Notes: generated by a model from the sequence alone, not told the origin. A stretch of 64,000 nt of DNA from Pedobacter sp. (GCA_965219295.1 OZ244731.1:2296236-2360235); one strand, 5' to 3'. Positions 8,278-20,000 are shown, counted from the first letter of the stretch. Translations and numbers: made by a program.

Positions 8278-8928
8278 TTGGGAAAGGACAAGCTAAGAAG
8301 ATTTGCAGAGATAAATACCTTTGCAAACGTTTTGCAATTAGAAGAAGCAAAACCGTTAAGAGGCAATTGGGCGCAGACTCAATTTAAAAATAACAATCCA
8401 ATTGTTCTAGAACTTGCCTGTGGAAAGGGAGAATATGCGGTAAAGTTAGCCGAGCTATTTCCCGATAAAAACTTTATCGGTATAGACCTAAAGGGAAATC
8501 GGATTTGGCGTGGTGCAAAAACTGCTGTCGAAGAAAAAATTGATAATGTCGCTTTTTTACGCATCCAAATAGAACATTTGCTGGATTACTTCAGCCATAG
8601 CGAAATAGAAGAAATTTGGATTACGTTCCCAGATCCGCAACCACAAATCAGCAGAGAAAAGAAAAGATTAACTTCGCCAAGATTCTTAGATAAATATAAA
8701 ATTTTAATGAAAAAGGGCGGCAAAATAAACCTTAAAACAGATAACGATCAGCTCTATAAGTACACTTGCGAAAAGGTAGAAGAGCTAGATTTAATTGTAC
8801 ATAAAAACACTGATCATTTATATACCTCTGAAGTATTGGATGATGTATTATCTATCAAAACTTATTACGAAAAAAAATATTTGTTACGTGATAAAAATAT
8901 CAATTATATCCAGTTTTCATTTGACTGA
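8278..8928 (+). CDS. trmB: tRNA (guanine-N7)-methyltransferase
   Basis: LELACGKGE, FPDP and KTDN motifs. Confidence 0.9.
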   Translation: MGKDKLRRFAEINTFANVLQLEEAKPLRGNWAQTQFKNNNPIVLELACGKGEYAVKLAELFPDKNFIGIDLKGNRIWRGAKTAVEEKIDNVAFLRIQIEHLLDYFSHSEIEEIWITFPDPQPQISREKKRLTSPRFLDKYKILMKKGGKINLKTDNDQLYKYTCEKVEELDLIVHKNTDHLYTSEVLDDVLSIKTYYEKKYLLRDKNINYIQFSFD

Positions 8929-9260
8929 TGAACGTTAATTTTTACGAACAGGTCTATGAAATCGCTAGACTCATCCCAAAAGGAAGAGTTACCTCTTACG
9001 GTGCAATTGCCAAGTGTTTGGGCGCGGCGAATTCGTCTCGAATGGTCGGAACGGCGATGAGTTTATCGCATTTTGCTGCGCCACGCGTTCCGGCACATCG
9101 AGTGGTAAACCACAGCGGCTTGCTAACGGGCAGGTTTCACTTTAACCCGCCAGAGCAAATGGAACAACTTTTAAGAAAAGAAAATGTGAGAGTCGAAGAT
9201 AATAAGGTGGTGGATTTTAAAGCGCTTTTCTGGAACCCGATGGACGAAATTACAATATGA
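8928..9260 (+). CDS. MGMT-family / alkyltransferase-like (ATL) protein
   Basis: IPKGRVTSYG and PAHRVV; Ala replaces the catalytic Cys. Confidence 0.85.
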   Translation: MNVNFYEQVYEIARLIPKGRVTSYGAIAKCLGAANSSRMVGTAMSLSHFAAPRVPAHRVVNHSGLLTGRFHFNPPEQMEQLLRKENVRVEDNKVVDFKALFWNPMDEITI

Positions 9261-9609
9261 CGGGAAGCTTTTTATGATAATCTGTTATAGAAAACACAAT
9301 TAAAATAATCAGCCCGACACACGCATAATAAATTTCATCTATATTGTCTCCCTTAAAAACCGTAAACGCAAGCGCTATAAGTGTAATGCCAACAATAAGT
9401 TCGATGTAGCCGTGAATTTTAAACGGTATTATTTTAAATATCCCTCCACCAAAATCGGTCATTATCGTCATAACAAAATGGATGCCCGCAAGTGAGTAAG
9501 ATAATATTTCTGCATTGGGCGACAATAAGATTAAATTTGGCAAAGCCAATAACCCAATAACGGTTATAAAATCTAAAACGGCATGTGTTCTAGAGGAAAT
9601 GATTCTCAT
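9250..9609 (-). CDS. Small membrane protein (SPW-repeat-like)
   Basis: Four hydrophobic segments; THAVLD and HGYIE repeats. Confidence 0.6.
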   Translation of the reverse strand: MRIISSRTHAVLDFITVIGLLALPNLILLSPNAEILSYSLAGIHFVMTIMTDFGGGIFKIIPFKIHGYIELIVGITLIALAFTVFKGDNIDEIYYACVGLIILIVFSITDYHKKLPVIL

Positions 9610-9660
9610 GGATGGATGCTTATTTCTGTAAATTAATAAATTTTAGTCAGCATAAAAAAT

Positions 9661-9998
9661 ATGGGAAAATTAGTAGATAAATTTAACGTTGAACGGACAA
9701 TCTTTAATCATCGTGCTACAGAAACGGCAAATACCAATCTCACACTACATTGTGCTCAGACGGCGCTATAAGTGTAAAGTCTTTGGAGATGCTTGGACGA
9801 GTTGCCTCGATGGTTTCTCGATGCGATGATTGCATAAAATACCATTTGGAAAATTGCCACAAAGAAGGCGTAACGACAGAAGAATTGAACGAGATTTTTA
9901 TAGTTGAAAATTTATTGAGCAGAAGTATTGAAATTATACAGTACCGCAAAGCGATAACCTGCTGTGACGATTTGAATGCTCAGTTTTACTTAGTTTAG
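9661..9998 (+). pseudogene. Carboxymuconolactone decarboxylase/AhpD-like pseudogene (frameshift)
   Basis: The frame from ATG 9661 (MGKLVDKFN...ETANTNL) stops at 9769-9771. The rest (DGAISVKSLEMLG..ASMV.RCDDCIKYHL) lies in another frame. Confidence 0.7.
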
Positions 9999-10009
9999 AG
10001 TACAATATT

Positions 10010-10573
10010 ATGGAAGAAGAAAAAAAAAGATGCCATTGGTGCGGCACAGACCCGCTTTACATCAAATACCACGATGAAGAATGGGGCAAACCTGTATATG
10101 ATGATAAAACGCTGTTTGAATTTTTGATTTTGGAGGGAGCGCAGGCAGGTTTAAGTTGGATAACCATTTTGCGCAGAAGAGAAAATTATAGAAATGCTTT
10201 CGCCGATTTCGATGTAAAAAAAGTTGCCATTTTTGATGAACAAGATGTTGAGCGTTTGATGCAGGATGTAGGCATTATCCGCAACGGCTTAAAGATTAAA
10301 GGTGCCATTAATAATGCTTTGCGATTTATGGAGGTGCAAAAAGAATTTGGCTCATTTGCGAATTACATTTGGGGTTTTTTGCCCGACGGAAAACCATTAA
10401 TAAATCAAGTTAAAAACATTACAGACCTGCCTGCTTCTACAGCGTTATCCGATAGAATAAGCAAAGACATGAAGAAGCGAGGATTTAAGTTTTTCGGTAC
10501 AACCATCTGTTATGCCCATATGCAAGCAACCGGAATGGTAAATGACCATATTATGGGTTGCATTGCGAAATAA
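10010..10573 (+). CDS. tag: DNA-3-methyladenine glycosylase I
   Basis: RCHW, YHDEEWG, LEGAQAGLSW and VNDH motifs. Confidence 0.95.
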   Translation: MEEEKKRCHWCGTDPLYIKYHDEEWGKPVYDDKTLFEFLILEGAQAGLSWITILRRRENYRNAFADFDVKKVAIFDEQDVERLMQDVGIIRNGLKIKGAINNALRFMEVQKEFGSFANYIWGFLPDGKPLINQVKNITDLPASTALSDRISKDMKKRGFKFFGTTICYAHMQATGMVNDHIMGCIAK

Positions 10574-10601
10574 TGATTGAGAGGCTTCTAGCTTTCGGCG
10601 A

Positions 10602-12968
10602 TTACTTCTTCAGCGTAGTTTCAAAAAGTTTAAAAATTCTTTTGTACTCATCGGTCCAGCTGCTTGGTTGTAGAAAACCGTGGCTTTCTACAGGATAGAC
10701 TGCAAGTTCCCAATTGTTTTTTCCCAACTCGATAAAACGCTGGGTAATATGTACAATATCTTGAAAATGCACATTAACATCTACCATTCCGTGCGCCATT
10801 AAAAGATTTCCTTTTAGCTTGTCTGCAAAATAAATTGGCGAGCTTTGTTTGTAGGCAATTGGGTCGTTATAAGGCTCGTTCAAAATATTGGAAGTGTAGC
10901 CATGATTATAGTTTGCCCAATCGGTAACCGATCGCAATGCAGCTCCGCTGGTAAAAGTATCGCTTTCGTTAAACATGCCCATAAGAGTTATAAAGCCTCC
11001 ATAAGAACCTCCGTACAGGCCAACATGTGCAGGATTTACGCCATAGTTTTTTACCAAATATTTAACGCCATCCACTTGGTCTGTTAAGTCTTTTCCTCCC
11101 ATGTGCCTATAAATACCTGTCCGAAAATCTCTTCCATATCCGGCACTTCCTGTATAATCTATATCAATTACGGTATAACCATTATCTGCAAGCAAATTAT
11201 TGAACATGTATTCCCTAAAATAATCGCTCCAGCCAAAATGAACGTTTTGGAGATAACCCGCGCCGTGTACAAAAACTACCGCAGGATGGTTTTTATCGGC
11301 AACTGCTGGTTTGTAAACTCGGGCATAAACATCTGTTCCGTAGCGGTTTTTAAAGCTTATTAATTCAGGATCCTTCCAGAAATAAGAATTAAATTCTGCG
11401 GATGTAGATTGTGTGATTTTGATTGCTTTTGCCGTTGGATTATTTGCTTGGAGATAAAGTTCCCAAGGTATGTTCATATAAGAGTGGCGTATGGCAAAAT
11501 ACTTTTCATCAGGAGAAATAGTGATTTCATTGAGCCCTTTCAAATTCGTCAACTGAACTAAATTGCGACCATCAACCCCAATTTTATAAAAATTTGTAAT
11601 GCCGGGATGCTCCTTATTTGCTGTAAAATAGAATGCTTTTTTGTCTTTCGATATTTTTAAGGTTTGTACTTCCCAGTTGCCGCTCGTCAATTGTTTTTTA
11701 TCACCCGTGGCAATGTTTGCTACATAAATATGCGAATAACCGCTTGCCTCGCTTTGGTAATAAAACGTGTCGTTGTCTATCCAACCAACACTACCATCAT
11801 CATAACCAGAAATATCTGGTCCTCCAATCCAAGCTTCATCCCGCTGTCTATCTAGAGTAGAAAACTTTCCGGTTGAGGCATCTAACTTTAAGATCCAACG
11901 GTCTTTGTTGTCTAAAGAACTTCCAATCAACACGGCAGAAGTTCCGTTATCATTCCAAATTATTTTTGATAAATCAACTGGCCTATCTGCATTTTTCTTT
12001 TTTAAAGAATCTAAAGCTTTAGGATAATCTTTTAAATAATCTGGCAAATCTTTTATACCAGCGATGGTAGATGTTTGCATGGCGTAAACAGAATCTCTCG
12101 CAACATCAAAAACATAACTTTCAGACAAACCTAGCGCCTCGCCCACTTTGGTTCTTCCGCTTATGTCTTCTGTGTACCCACTCGCGGTAACATAGTTCGG
12201 CACAATGGTATTTCGGTTTCCCGTTGAAAAAGTGGTAAGTGTATAGGTGATGTATTTTCCGTTTGGGTTAATGGCAATATTTCTTAGAAATTTTCCTTCA
12301 GTGTAAATTTTTTTTAGCGTTTTCTCTGGCTTTTCGTCTGCCTTCTCTTTAATTTCTTTTACAAAATCTGCATTCTGTTTTTTAATGACATCAAACAAAT
12401 CAGCTTGTTCATCTTTTAAATACTGATTTTGGTTAGATAGCTTTTCCTTAGATTCCTTAGTTGGTTTCTTATCAGCAATAAAGTTGCTTAACTGCTTTAC
12501 CTCGGCTGTCTCGATGTTTATTTGGAACAGGTTTTTATCTTTTTCGAACACCACATCTCCGCTGATAAGAAAAACCGGATTGCTTTCTCTTTCAACAGTA
12601 TTAGTTAAGCGATTTACTTTTCCTGTCCTAATATTTTTTAAATAGATGTCGCCCTTTTTTTCTGCCAACCCGAAAATGCCTGTGTTATTTAGAACATAAT
12701 CTTCTGCATCGGCGATTTCTTTTTCTTCTTTTGCCGCCTTTAAAATTTTATCAGTTAGCGGAGAGACCTTATAAAGCTGCATGTCCTCTTCGTTTTCCGG
12801 ATTCCAATCGAAATATAGCGTTTTGCTATCTTCGCTCCATCGATAATTTGCTGGGGCTACGCCAATCCATTTTGGGTCGCGCATAATCTTTTCTACCGTC
12901 AGCGGTGCTAATTGAGCAAAACTTTGTTCCACCATTAAAAAAAGAACGATGGGTAAAAAATATTTCAT
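10602..12968 (-). CDS. S9 family secreted dipeptidyl/prolyl oligopeptidase
   Basis: Signal peptide, beta-propeller region, GGSYGG nucleophile, HGMVD.NV and ESHG motifs. Confidence 0.9.
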   Translation of the reverse strand: MKYFLPIVLFLMVEQSFAQLAPLTVEKIMRDPKWIGVAPANYRWSEDSKTLYFDWNPENEEDMQLYKVSPLTDKILKAAKEEKEIADAEDYVLNNTGIFGLAEKKGDIYLKNIRTGKVNRLTNTVERESNPVFLISGDVVFEKDKNLFQINIETAEVKQLSNFIADKKPTKESKEKLSNQNQYLKDEQADLFDVIKKQNADFVKEIKEKADEKPEKTLKKIYTEGKFLRNIAINPNGKYITYTLTTFSTGNRNTIVPNYVTASGYTEDISGRTKVGEALGLSESYVFDVARDSVYAMQTSTIAGIKDLPDYLKDYPKALDSLKKKNADRPVDLSKIIWNDNGTSAVLIGSSLDNKDRWILKLDASTGKFSTLDRQRDEAWIGGPDISGYDDGSVGWIDNDTFYYQSEASGYSHIYVANIATGDKKQLTSGNWEVQTLKISKDKKAFYFTANKEHPGITNFYKIGVDGRNLVQLTNLKGLNEITISPDEKYFAIRHSYMNIPWELYLQANNPTAKAIKITQSTSAEFNSYFWKDPELISFKNRYGTDVYARVYKPAVADKNHPAVVFVHGAGYLQNVHFGWSDYFREYMFNNLLADNGYTVIDIDYTGSAGYGRDFRTGIYRHMGGKDLTDQVDGVKYLVKNYGVNPAHVGLYGGSYGGFITLMGMFNESDTFTSGAALRSVTDWANYNHGYTSNILNEPYNDPIAYKQSSPIYFADKLKGNLLMAHGMVDVNVHFQDIVHITQRFIELGKNNWELAVYPVESHGFLQPSSWTDEYKRIFKLFETTLKK

Positions 12969-13173
12969 GCTGAGAATGGTTTAAGCGCGCAATTTAATTA
13001 AACGAAATTCTATTTTTGGGTTTAGCGTGAAAATGTTACGGATTTTGTTGTTTAAGGGGGTTGGGCCTCAAGGCCGAGAGGACATTTAGTAAATTTTCAA
13101 GTGTATCGATTCAAATAAGTACTTCTATTTTTAAAAACAATACGCTACATTTATTTTATCAAACCAACCAACC

Positions 13174-14316
13174 ATGATTGTGCAAAAACAGCGATTACTA
13201 TCTCTGGATTTTTTACGAGGTTTAACCGTTGCGTCGATGATCTTGGTAAACAATCCGGGTAGTTGGGGGCACATCTATGCACCGTTGGAGCATTCTGAAT
13301 GGAGTGGTTGCACACCCACCGATATGATTTTCCCTTTCTTCCTATGGATTGTTGGGGTATCCATTGCCTTTGCAATGGGGACAAAAAAAGAAGATCCTTC
13401 TCAACACAAAGCCATTATTTTAAAAGCGATAAAAAGGGGCATCATTTTATATTTGCTGGGTTTTTTCTTGGCGATTTTTGGAAAACTAGTCAACGACTAT
13501 CGGCACGCGTTAGAAACCGTTAGAATTTTAGGCGTGCTACAGCGAATCGCGATTGTGTTTATCATCAGCAGCATTATATTTGTTAAATCTTCCAAAAAGA
13601 CAATTTTCATAATTTTTATTTCAATTCTTGTAATTTACTGGGCGCTAATGACTTTTATTCCTGTCCCGGGGATTGGTTATGCAAACTTAGAAAAGGAAAT
13701 CAACCTCGCAGCCTGGGTAGATCGCGGCGTTTTAACTGAAGCACATACGTGGTCTCAATCAATAACCTGGGACCCTGAAGGGGTGTTGAGCACGCTCCCA
13801 GCTGTTGGAACTTGCCTTTTTGGAATATTGGTTGGTCTTTGGATGCGCAGAAAAGATGTTGATGGAGCAAGCAAAGTTGCTTGGCTGTTTTCTACGGGCA
13901 TAATTGCCATCATATTAGGTTTAACTTGGGACCTCCAATTTCCTATAAACAAAGCATTATGGACAAGTTCTTTTGTGCTTTACACAGGTGGGCTGGCGTG
14001 TTTTGCATTGGCCCTATGCTACTGGATTATCGATATTCAAAACTATAAGCGTTTTACAACCCCTTTTGTAATTTATGGGCTTAATGCCATTACTGTTTTT
14101 TTCCTTGCGGGATTAATGCCCAGATTATTGGGCTTTTTTACCGTTACGAGACCAGATGGCGTTGAAGTAACCATCTTAACCAGATTTTACGAGCTTTGTT
14201 ACGAGCCGTTTTTCTCTCCCGTTAACGCATCTTTGGCTTGGGCGATAAGCTATGTACTGGGATTTTTCGTTCTACTTTGGATCATGTATAAAAAAAACAT
14301 CATCATCAAAGTTTAA
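13174..14316 (+). CDS. HGSNAT-like/DUF5009 membrane acyltransferase
   Basis: RLLSLDFLRG, NNPG, DPEG and PINKALWTSS motifs. Confidence 0.85.
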   Translation: MIVQKQRLLSLDFLRGLTVASMILVNNPGSWGHIYAPLEHSEWSGCTPTDMIFPFFLWIVGVSIAFAMGTKKEDPSQHKAIILKAIKRGIILYLLGFFLAIFGKLVNDYRHALETVRILGVLQRIAIVFIISSIIFVKSSKKTIFIIFISILVIYWALMTFIPVPGIGYANLEKEINLAAWVDRGVLTEAHTWSQSITWDPEGVLSTLPAVGTCLFGILVGLWMRRKDVDGASKVAWLFSTGIIAIILGLTWDLQFPINKALWTSSFVLYTGGLACFALALCYWIIDIQNYKRFTTPFVIYGLNAITVFFLAGLMPRLLGFFTVTRPDGVEVTILTRFYELCYEPFFSPVNASLAWAISYVLGFFVLLWIMYKKNIIIKV

Positions 14317-14336
14317 CAAAGTCTCTTCAAAAATTC

Positions 14337-15869
14337 TTACTTCGTTTCTACCCCAACTGGGCCAGATGCTACACTCTCGTTTTTCAACCTGTCTAAAGCG
14401 GTAACTAGATAGCTATATCTATGGCCTGCCTCGGTGTTTGTATCAAGAAAAAAAGGAAAATCTTCAAAACTGATGTTAATGATGTTTTTTGAATCTAATA
14501 CTGATATTTTTTCGCCTTCGTCAAATCTATAAACTACAAAGCCAGATGCTGTCTCTCCATCGCTCGCAAGTTCTGGCATTTTCCACTTTAAAGTAACTCC
14601 AAGCTTTGTTGCTTCTGCGGTTAATTCTTTAGGTTTATTTGGTGGCACCTCATCTAGCCATGGCATTTGTGGAGGCAGGGCAGGATATTCATAAAGATTG
14701 TTTTTTAACGAATCGCTCAGTCCTCGGGCTACGGTGCTTAAAGATTTGGACGAGAAATAAACGCTTCCCTCAATGCGGTTGTTGTTACGCAAATACCTAA
14801 TTTGGTTTGGAATTTCTTGCGGATTTCTCCAGGCCGCCTCGGCCCTACTGTTAACAAGATAAGCTGCCATGCCAATATACACATGTCGTCCGTAACTGTT
14901 GTTTGCCCACCAATCTAACAAAGTCGCAAAAGGTGCTACGCGGCGAGTAAACGTAAAGTATATCTGGGGATTAATGTAATCAACCCAACCTTCTTTAATC
15001 CATTTTCTACTATCAGCGTATAGCTCAGCATAGTTTGATAGTCCACTGCTGGCAGAGCCTTCCGGATCCTCGTAACTATTCCTCCAAATACCAAATGGGC
15101 TTATGCCGAACTTTACAAATTTCTTATAGTAATGGATGCTATCATCCAGTTCTTTAATCAGATTATCTACATTACTTCTACGCCAATCTCTAATGTCCGT
15201 AAATTCGGCGCCGTATTTTGCAAAGGTGGTGCCATCGTTAATTTTTTGCCCCGCAATTGGATATGGGTAGAAATAATCGTCGAAGTGTACGCCATCAATA
15301 TCGTATTGTTTAACCACATCTAAAACTACTTGTACGATATATTCCCTAACCTCAGGAATGCCCGGATCGAACTGTTTTTTCCCACCATAAGTAAAAAACC
15401 ATTCTGGATGAATTTGCGTAGGATGATTTTTTGCGAATACCGTATTTACACTCATACTGGCGCGGTAAGGATTAAACCAAGCATGCAATTCCATCCCTCT
15501 GGAGTGTGCTTCCTTAATGGCAAATTCAAGCGGATCGTAACCAGGAGAGGGTGCAATACCTTGTGTTCCCATCAACCAATAACTCCAAGGTTCTCTAGAC
15601 TTAGCGTAGAAGGCATCGCCCGCAGGCCTAATTTGTAACATAATAGCATTCATGCCTTCTGCCTTATGTCTATTTAAAATGCCAATTAGCTCTTGCTTTT
15701 GCTGGTCTGTAGTTAAACCGGGTTTAGATGGCCAGTCTATATTTGTTACGGTAGCGACCCAAACACCCCTAAACTCTCGTTTTGGTGCTATATTTGCTAT
15801 TGACTGTGCATATAAATTGAAGGTAGTTGAAATAAAGGTAAAAAGGGCAATTGTTACGGCTTTGGGCAT
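14337..15869 (-). CDS. GHL10 (DUF187, YddW/DigH-like) glycoside hydrolase with a C-terminal FN3-like domain
   Basis: EFRGVWVATV, HAWFNPYR, DGVHFDDYFYPY and PQIY motifs. Confidence 0.85.
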   Translation of the reverse strand: MPKAVTIALFTFISTTFNLYAQSIANIAPKREFRGVWVATVTNIDWPSKPGLTTDQQKQELIGILNRHKAEGMNAIMLQIRPAGDAFYAKSREPWSYWLMGTQGIAPSPGYDPLEFAIKEAHSRGMELHAWFNPYRASMSVNTVFAKNHPTQIHPEWFFTYGGKKQFDPGIPEVREYIVQVVLDVVKQYDIDGVHFDDYFYPYPIAGQKINDGTTFAKYGAEFTDIRDWRRSNVDNLIKELDDSIHYYKKFVKFGISPFGIWRNSYEDPEGSASSGLSNYAELYADSRKWIKEGWVDYINPQIYFTFTRRVAPFATLLDWWANNSYGRHVYIGMAAYLVNSRAEAAWRNPQEIPNQIRYLRNNNRIEGSVYFSSKSLSTVARGLSDSLKNNLYEYPALPPQMPWLDEVPPNKPKELTAEATKLGVTLKWKMPELASDGETASGFVVYRFDEGEKISVLDSKNIINISFEDFPFFLDTNTEAGHRYSYLVTALDRLKNESVASGPVGVETK

Positions 15870-16062
15870 TTTTAGTGTCTATTTTATTATTTTATCTATC
15901 ACAAATTTAGTAACCAGACTTCTAGCAGATAAACGATAGCTTTTAAAAAGTCTTACATTTTTAGTGAAGGTTTTAATTTCGGGACGAAGTTATCTTTAAA
16001 AAATACAAATAAAATTTTTTGGGAATAAATTTCGGTTACAAAACACAAAATATTGGCATTGC

Positions 16063-16965
16063 ATGGAAGCTAGGGATGTTAGCAGGGGTAATAGAAATAA
16101 AATTTACTTTTTAATTTTGGTAATTACAGCCTTGGTGGGCATTAACGGCTATCTGTTTTTTAAGAACAAACAGCAAACCGAAAAAGTTACAACCACCGGG
16201 GTAGAAAAAGACCAATTAAAGCTAGAGGTAGAAAAAATTGAAGTCGAATTAGACCGCGTAAGTGCATTAAATGTAACGCTTAATAACACTTTAATTGGGC
16301 AGCAGAACGATATAAGAGCAAAAATTGACCAATTAAAAATTGCGCTTAAGAAAGGAACTATTACAAAAATAGAACTAGATCAAGCTTATCTCCAAGTAGG
16401 TAAGCTAAAAGGATTCGTAAAAAGCTACAATAACCAGGTAGCGAAGCTACAAAAGGATGCCCTGTTTTTAAGAAGCAGTAGAGACAGTTTGCAGCAAAAG
16501 GTAAACTCTATCTCTAGCAAAATTTCAAATTTAGAGGTAGAAAATCTTTCTCTGAACGACAAAGTAAACACTGCCTCCCAACTTAGGTTAAAAGATGCAG
16601 ATATAGTAGCATTTAAAACGAAATCTAACGGCAGGAAAATAGAAGTAACTAAATCTTCTACTGCCGAAAAATTAAGCATTAGATTTGCGATTCTACCTAA
16701 CGACTTGGCAGAGAAAGGGCATTATAATATTTTTTTAAGAGTATTCGATCCTGCAGGAAACCTAATAGCTGACGATAATAATAGGTTTGAGGCAGATGGA
16801 CAAGACATGCAATACAGCCATTCTATTTATATAGATTACAACAATGACAACAGTACCTATATTATCGACTGGGCAAATCCCCAACCCTTTATTGCCGGTG
16901 ATTATACTGTGATTCTATATACGGAAGGCAATACTCTTGGAAAAGTGCAAATAACTTTGAGGTAG
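16063..16965 (+). CDS. Membrane-anchored coiled-coil hypothetical protein
   Basis: N-terminal TM segment, long heptad region and beta-rich C-terminus. Confidence 0.7.
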   Translation: MEARDVSRGNRNKIYFLILVITALVGINGYLFFKNKQQTEKVTTTGVEKDQLKLEVEKIEVELDRVSALNVTLNNTLIGQQNDIRAKIDQLKIALKKGTITKIELDQAYLQVGKLKGFVKSYNNQVAKLQKDALFLRSSRDSLQQKVNSISSKISNLEVENLSLNDKVNTASQLRLKDADIVAFKTKSNGRKIEVTKSSTAEKLSIRFAILPNDLAEKGHYNIFLRVFDPAGNLIADDNNRFEADGQDMQYSHSIYIDYNNDNSTYIIDWANPQPFIAGDYTVILYTEGNTLGKVQITLR

Positions 16966-17034
16966 CGAAATAAAAACATTATCAGGCTCTTCAAACCATC
17001 TTGTTTAGGTAGACCATTCTATAAAAACCAGATA

Positions 17035-20000
17035 CTAAGCAAGCGGAAACTTTAAAAAGAAAGTTGTGCCGTTTTTATGTGAGGTAAAATCAACAGAGCC
17101 ACCAGCATTTTCCATCGACTGCCTTACAAAAGCTAAGCCCAAGCCTGTGCCCGAAGACTTTGTAGTAAAGTTAGGCACAAATATTTGATGGTAAATATCT
17201 GGAGAGATGCCAATGCCGTTGTCTTCTATTTCGATAAAAACGTTTTTTTGATTGGTATATACACGTACTTCGATTTTGCAAAAACCATTTTTCGAAGTAG
17301 CCTCAATGGCATTTTTAAACAAATTGTTAAAAGTTCTCAACAACTGATCTGCATCTGCCATAATTTTAACCCCTTTTTTTGTTCGATTACTTAGCGTAAA
17401 ATGCGCATTTTCTGAACTCTCAAAAACCTCTATGGTTTTCTCCAGAATCGGCAGCAGCTCCATTTTTTTTAAAACCGCGTCGGGCATTTTTGCAAAATTA
17501 GAAAACTCCGAGGCGATTCTAGACAGACTGTCTATTTGCTCTATAAATGATTTGCTAAACCTATTAAACTTGGTTTCGAAATTCGGATCGTCCTCTTTCC
17601 AAGCTTTTTCTAAAAGCTGAACGCCCAACCTTAAAGGTGTAAGCGGGTTTTTTATCTCGTGCGCAACCTGCTTAGCCATTTCTCGCCAAGCGCTTTCTCT
17701 TTCAGACTTGGCTAATTTTTTTGCGCTCTCATCTAATGCAGCTATAAGGTTGTTGTATTCTTTAATTAGCGAGCCTAACTCGTCATGCCTTCGCCAAACT
17801 ATGGGTTCGTTTCTTTGCCCAAGTTTGGTTTTCCTAATATTTTGTTGAATAAAGGTTAGCGGGTTTGTAATTTGATTTGCCAAAAATATAGCCAACACCC
17901 CGGTTCCTACAAAAACCAACGCATAAATATTAATTAGGTTGCTTAAAAACAGAGCAATCTTACTGCTATATTCTTCTTCGTTTAAATAATTTGGTAAACC
18001 AATAAATGCTACCGTTTTGCTCTGCGCGTTTTCTATTGGCGCGTAGGCCGCTGCATAAGTTAAAGAGCCTAATTTTTCTTGGGAATTTATGTATTCAGAC
18101 CTTTGCAGATATTTTAGATTAATATAAGCCGCCGCGCCCATTCTTTTTCCCAGTATCTTAGAATCATAAAGTTTTGGATAAGAAGTGGTCACCAACCTAC
18201 CATCTAAATCGTATAGGTTCAAATCTGCATTGTTTACGTCTGCAAAATTTCCAAATCCGGTAAGGGCAGCCTCATCATCGGTAATTTCTCCAGTGTTTAA
18301 AACCTGCTTTTCAAAATTCTGTTGTACTGTTCTAATTTTCTGTTTAATAATGTCGTTTTGCTGGTTGCGATACTCTAGGTTCATATAAAAATATGTAATC
18401 CATCCCACAATAACTAAGGTGGCCACTACAGCAAGCACTACAGATAGTTGTATGCGTGTTTTATATAAAATTTTGTTCGCATTAATCATTAGCGAACGGT
18501 TCACGGTAAACCAGCCAACGTTATCGTCTTCTAAGTTTTTTACAACCCAAATTAGACCAAACAGAACCAGAGAAAAAATGATGAAAACTATAAAGAAAAA
18601 AGATAGTACTGCCGCACGTTCTAAAAAGCTTGGATTTGCCTTGCTAATAACGACCATCTTGTTTGCTGAGGGTTTAAAAACCAAATGGCTGTAGCCAAGT
18701 TTATCATCATTATAAGAAAGAAAATCATTTAATTTTCCCTTAAAAACTTTTCCGTTTAATGGATATGTGAAATTTCCACTTTGGTTTAGTAAATTGTTGT
18801 TAGCGTACAATGCGCTAGAATAACCCTTAAAATCTTGATCATTATTAAACTTTTGATCGCCCAAAAGATCTGGAAGTCTATTGTTATAGTTAAAAGGCCT
18901 AGACCGAAATTCTATTATTAACGTGCCTTTTAAGTTGCCTTTCTCTATGATCGGAACGATCCCAAAGTAGTTTTGATAGCCAAAGGTATTGTTGACTTGG
19001 TAAAAGTATTTTGAACCATCTAGCTTAATAGCGCCAGCTTCTACCAGCTTTTTGTATTTAGCAAAGCTTGCATTGCCGGCAGTTGTTAGTGCTTCGCCTT
19101 TTTTATTGTAACTATAAATTTGGAAATTATAACGGCTCAGGTAGCCATTTGACATCCCTTTGATATCCGTTTTAAAGCGGTTATAGTTAATGCTTTTATA
19201 ATTATCGTAAAACCGGGGTAAAAGACCGCTTGCGAGTAATTTGTTTTCTAAATCCCCCAAAGCCAAAATTGCATTTGGGTCGTCAGAAGACTCCACTTTG
19301 CGAGCCAAAGGTTCGCGAATAGATTCTTCTGCGATGTCTTTATATTCCAGGTATTTCACCGATGTTATAAAAGCTAGGCAAATAAATGCCGCAGCAAATA
19401 GACTAATTCCAAATTTTGCATTTATCTCATATTCCTTTCGAGCAAGTAAAAACAGAACAAGAAAAAATGCAATAAAAAAAACATTGAAGCCGGCAAAAAC
19501 AACGTACACGGCCACTGCAATAAATGAGGTGAGTAATATATAAACGCGTTCCTTGTTGGTAACGTTCAATTTTTTGCTCATTACCATAAAAATTATAGTG
19601 ATAAGATACAATTGAAACCAAACCAAACACACTATTACAATACTTACCCAACTTGAACCACTCAACTTTAAAATATTAATTATATCGAAGTTGATCTTCG
19701 AATTGTAGATTATGCCAAATAGCATCTCATCCGCCAGCAGTGCGGTGGCTCCAATAATTGCCAATAAGATAAAATGAAGAGCGATACCGACCCATTTTAT
19801 TTGAGTTACCCAATTTGGAAATCGATAACTTTTTCGATGGTTAAATATAAAAAGCAACAACCACGTAACAGAGATTATGTTGGTAATCAAATCTCCGAGA
19901 GAGGGCATTAAGAAACTTTGGGAGTAAATTTTGGGATCGAATATAGGCGCTTCAAACCTATGGTTAAACCATCCCCAATATAAATCCGTAAGCCTAAATG

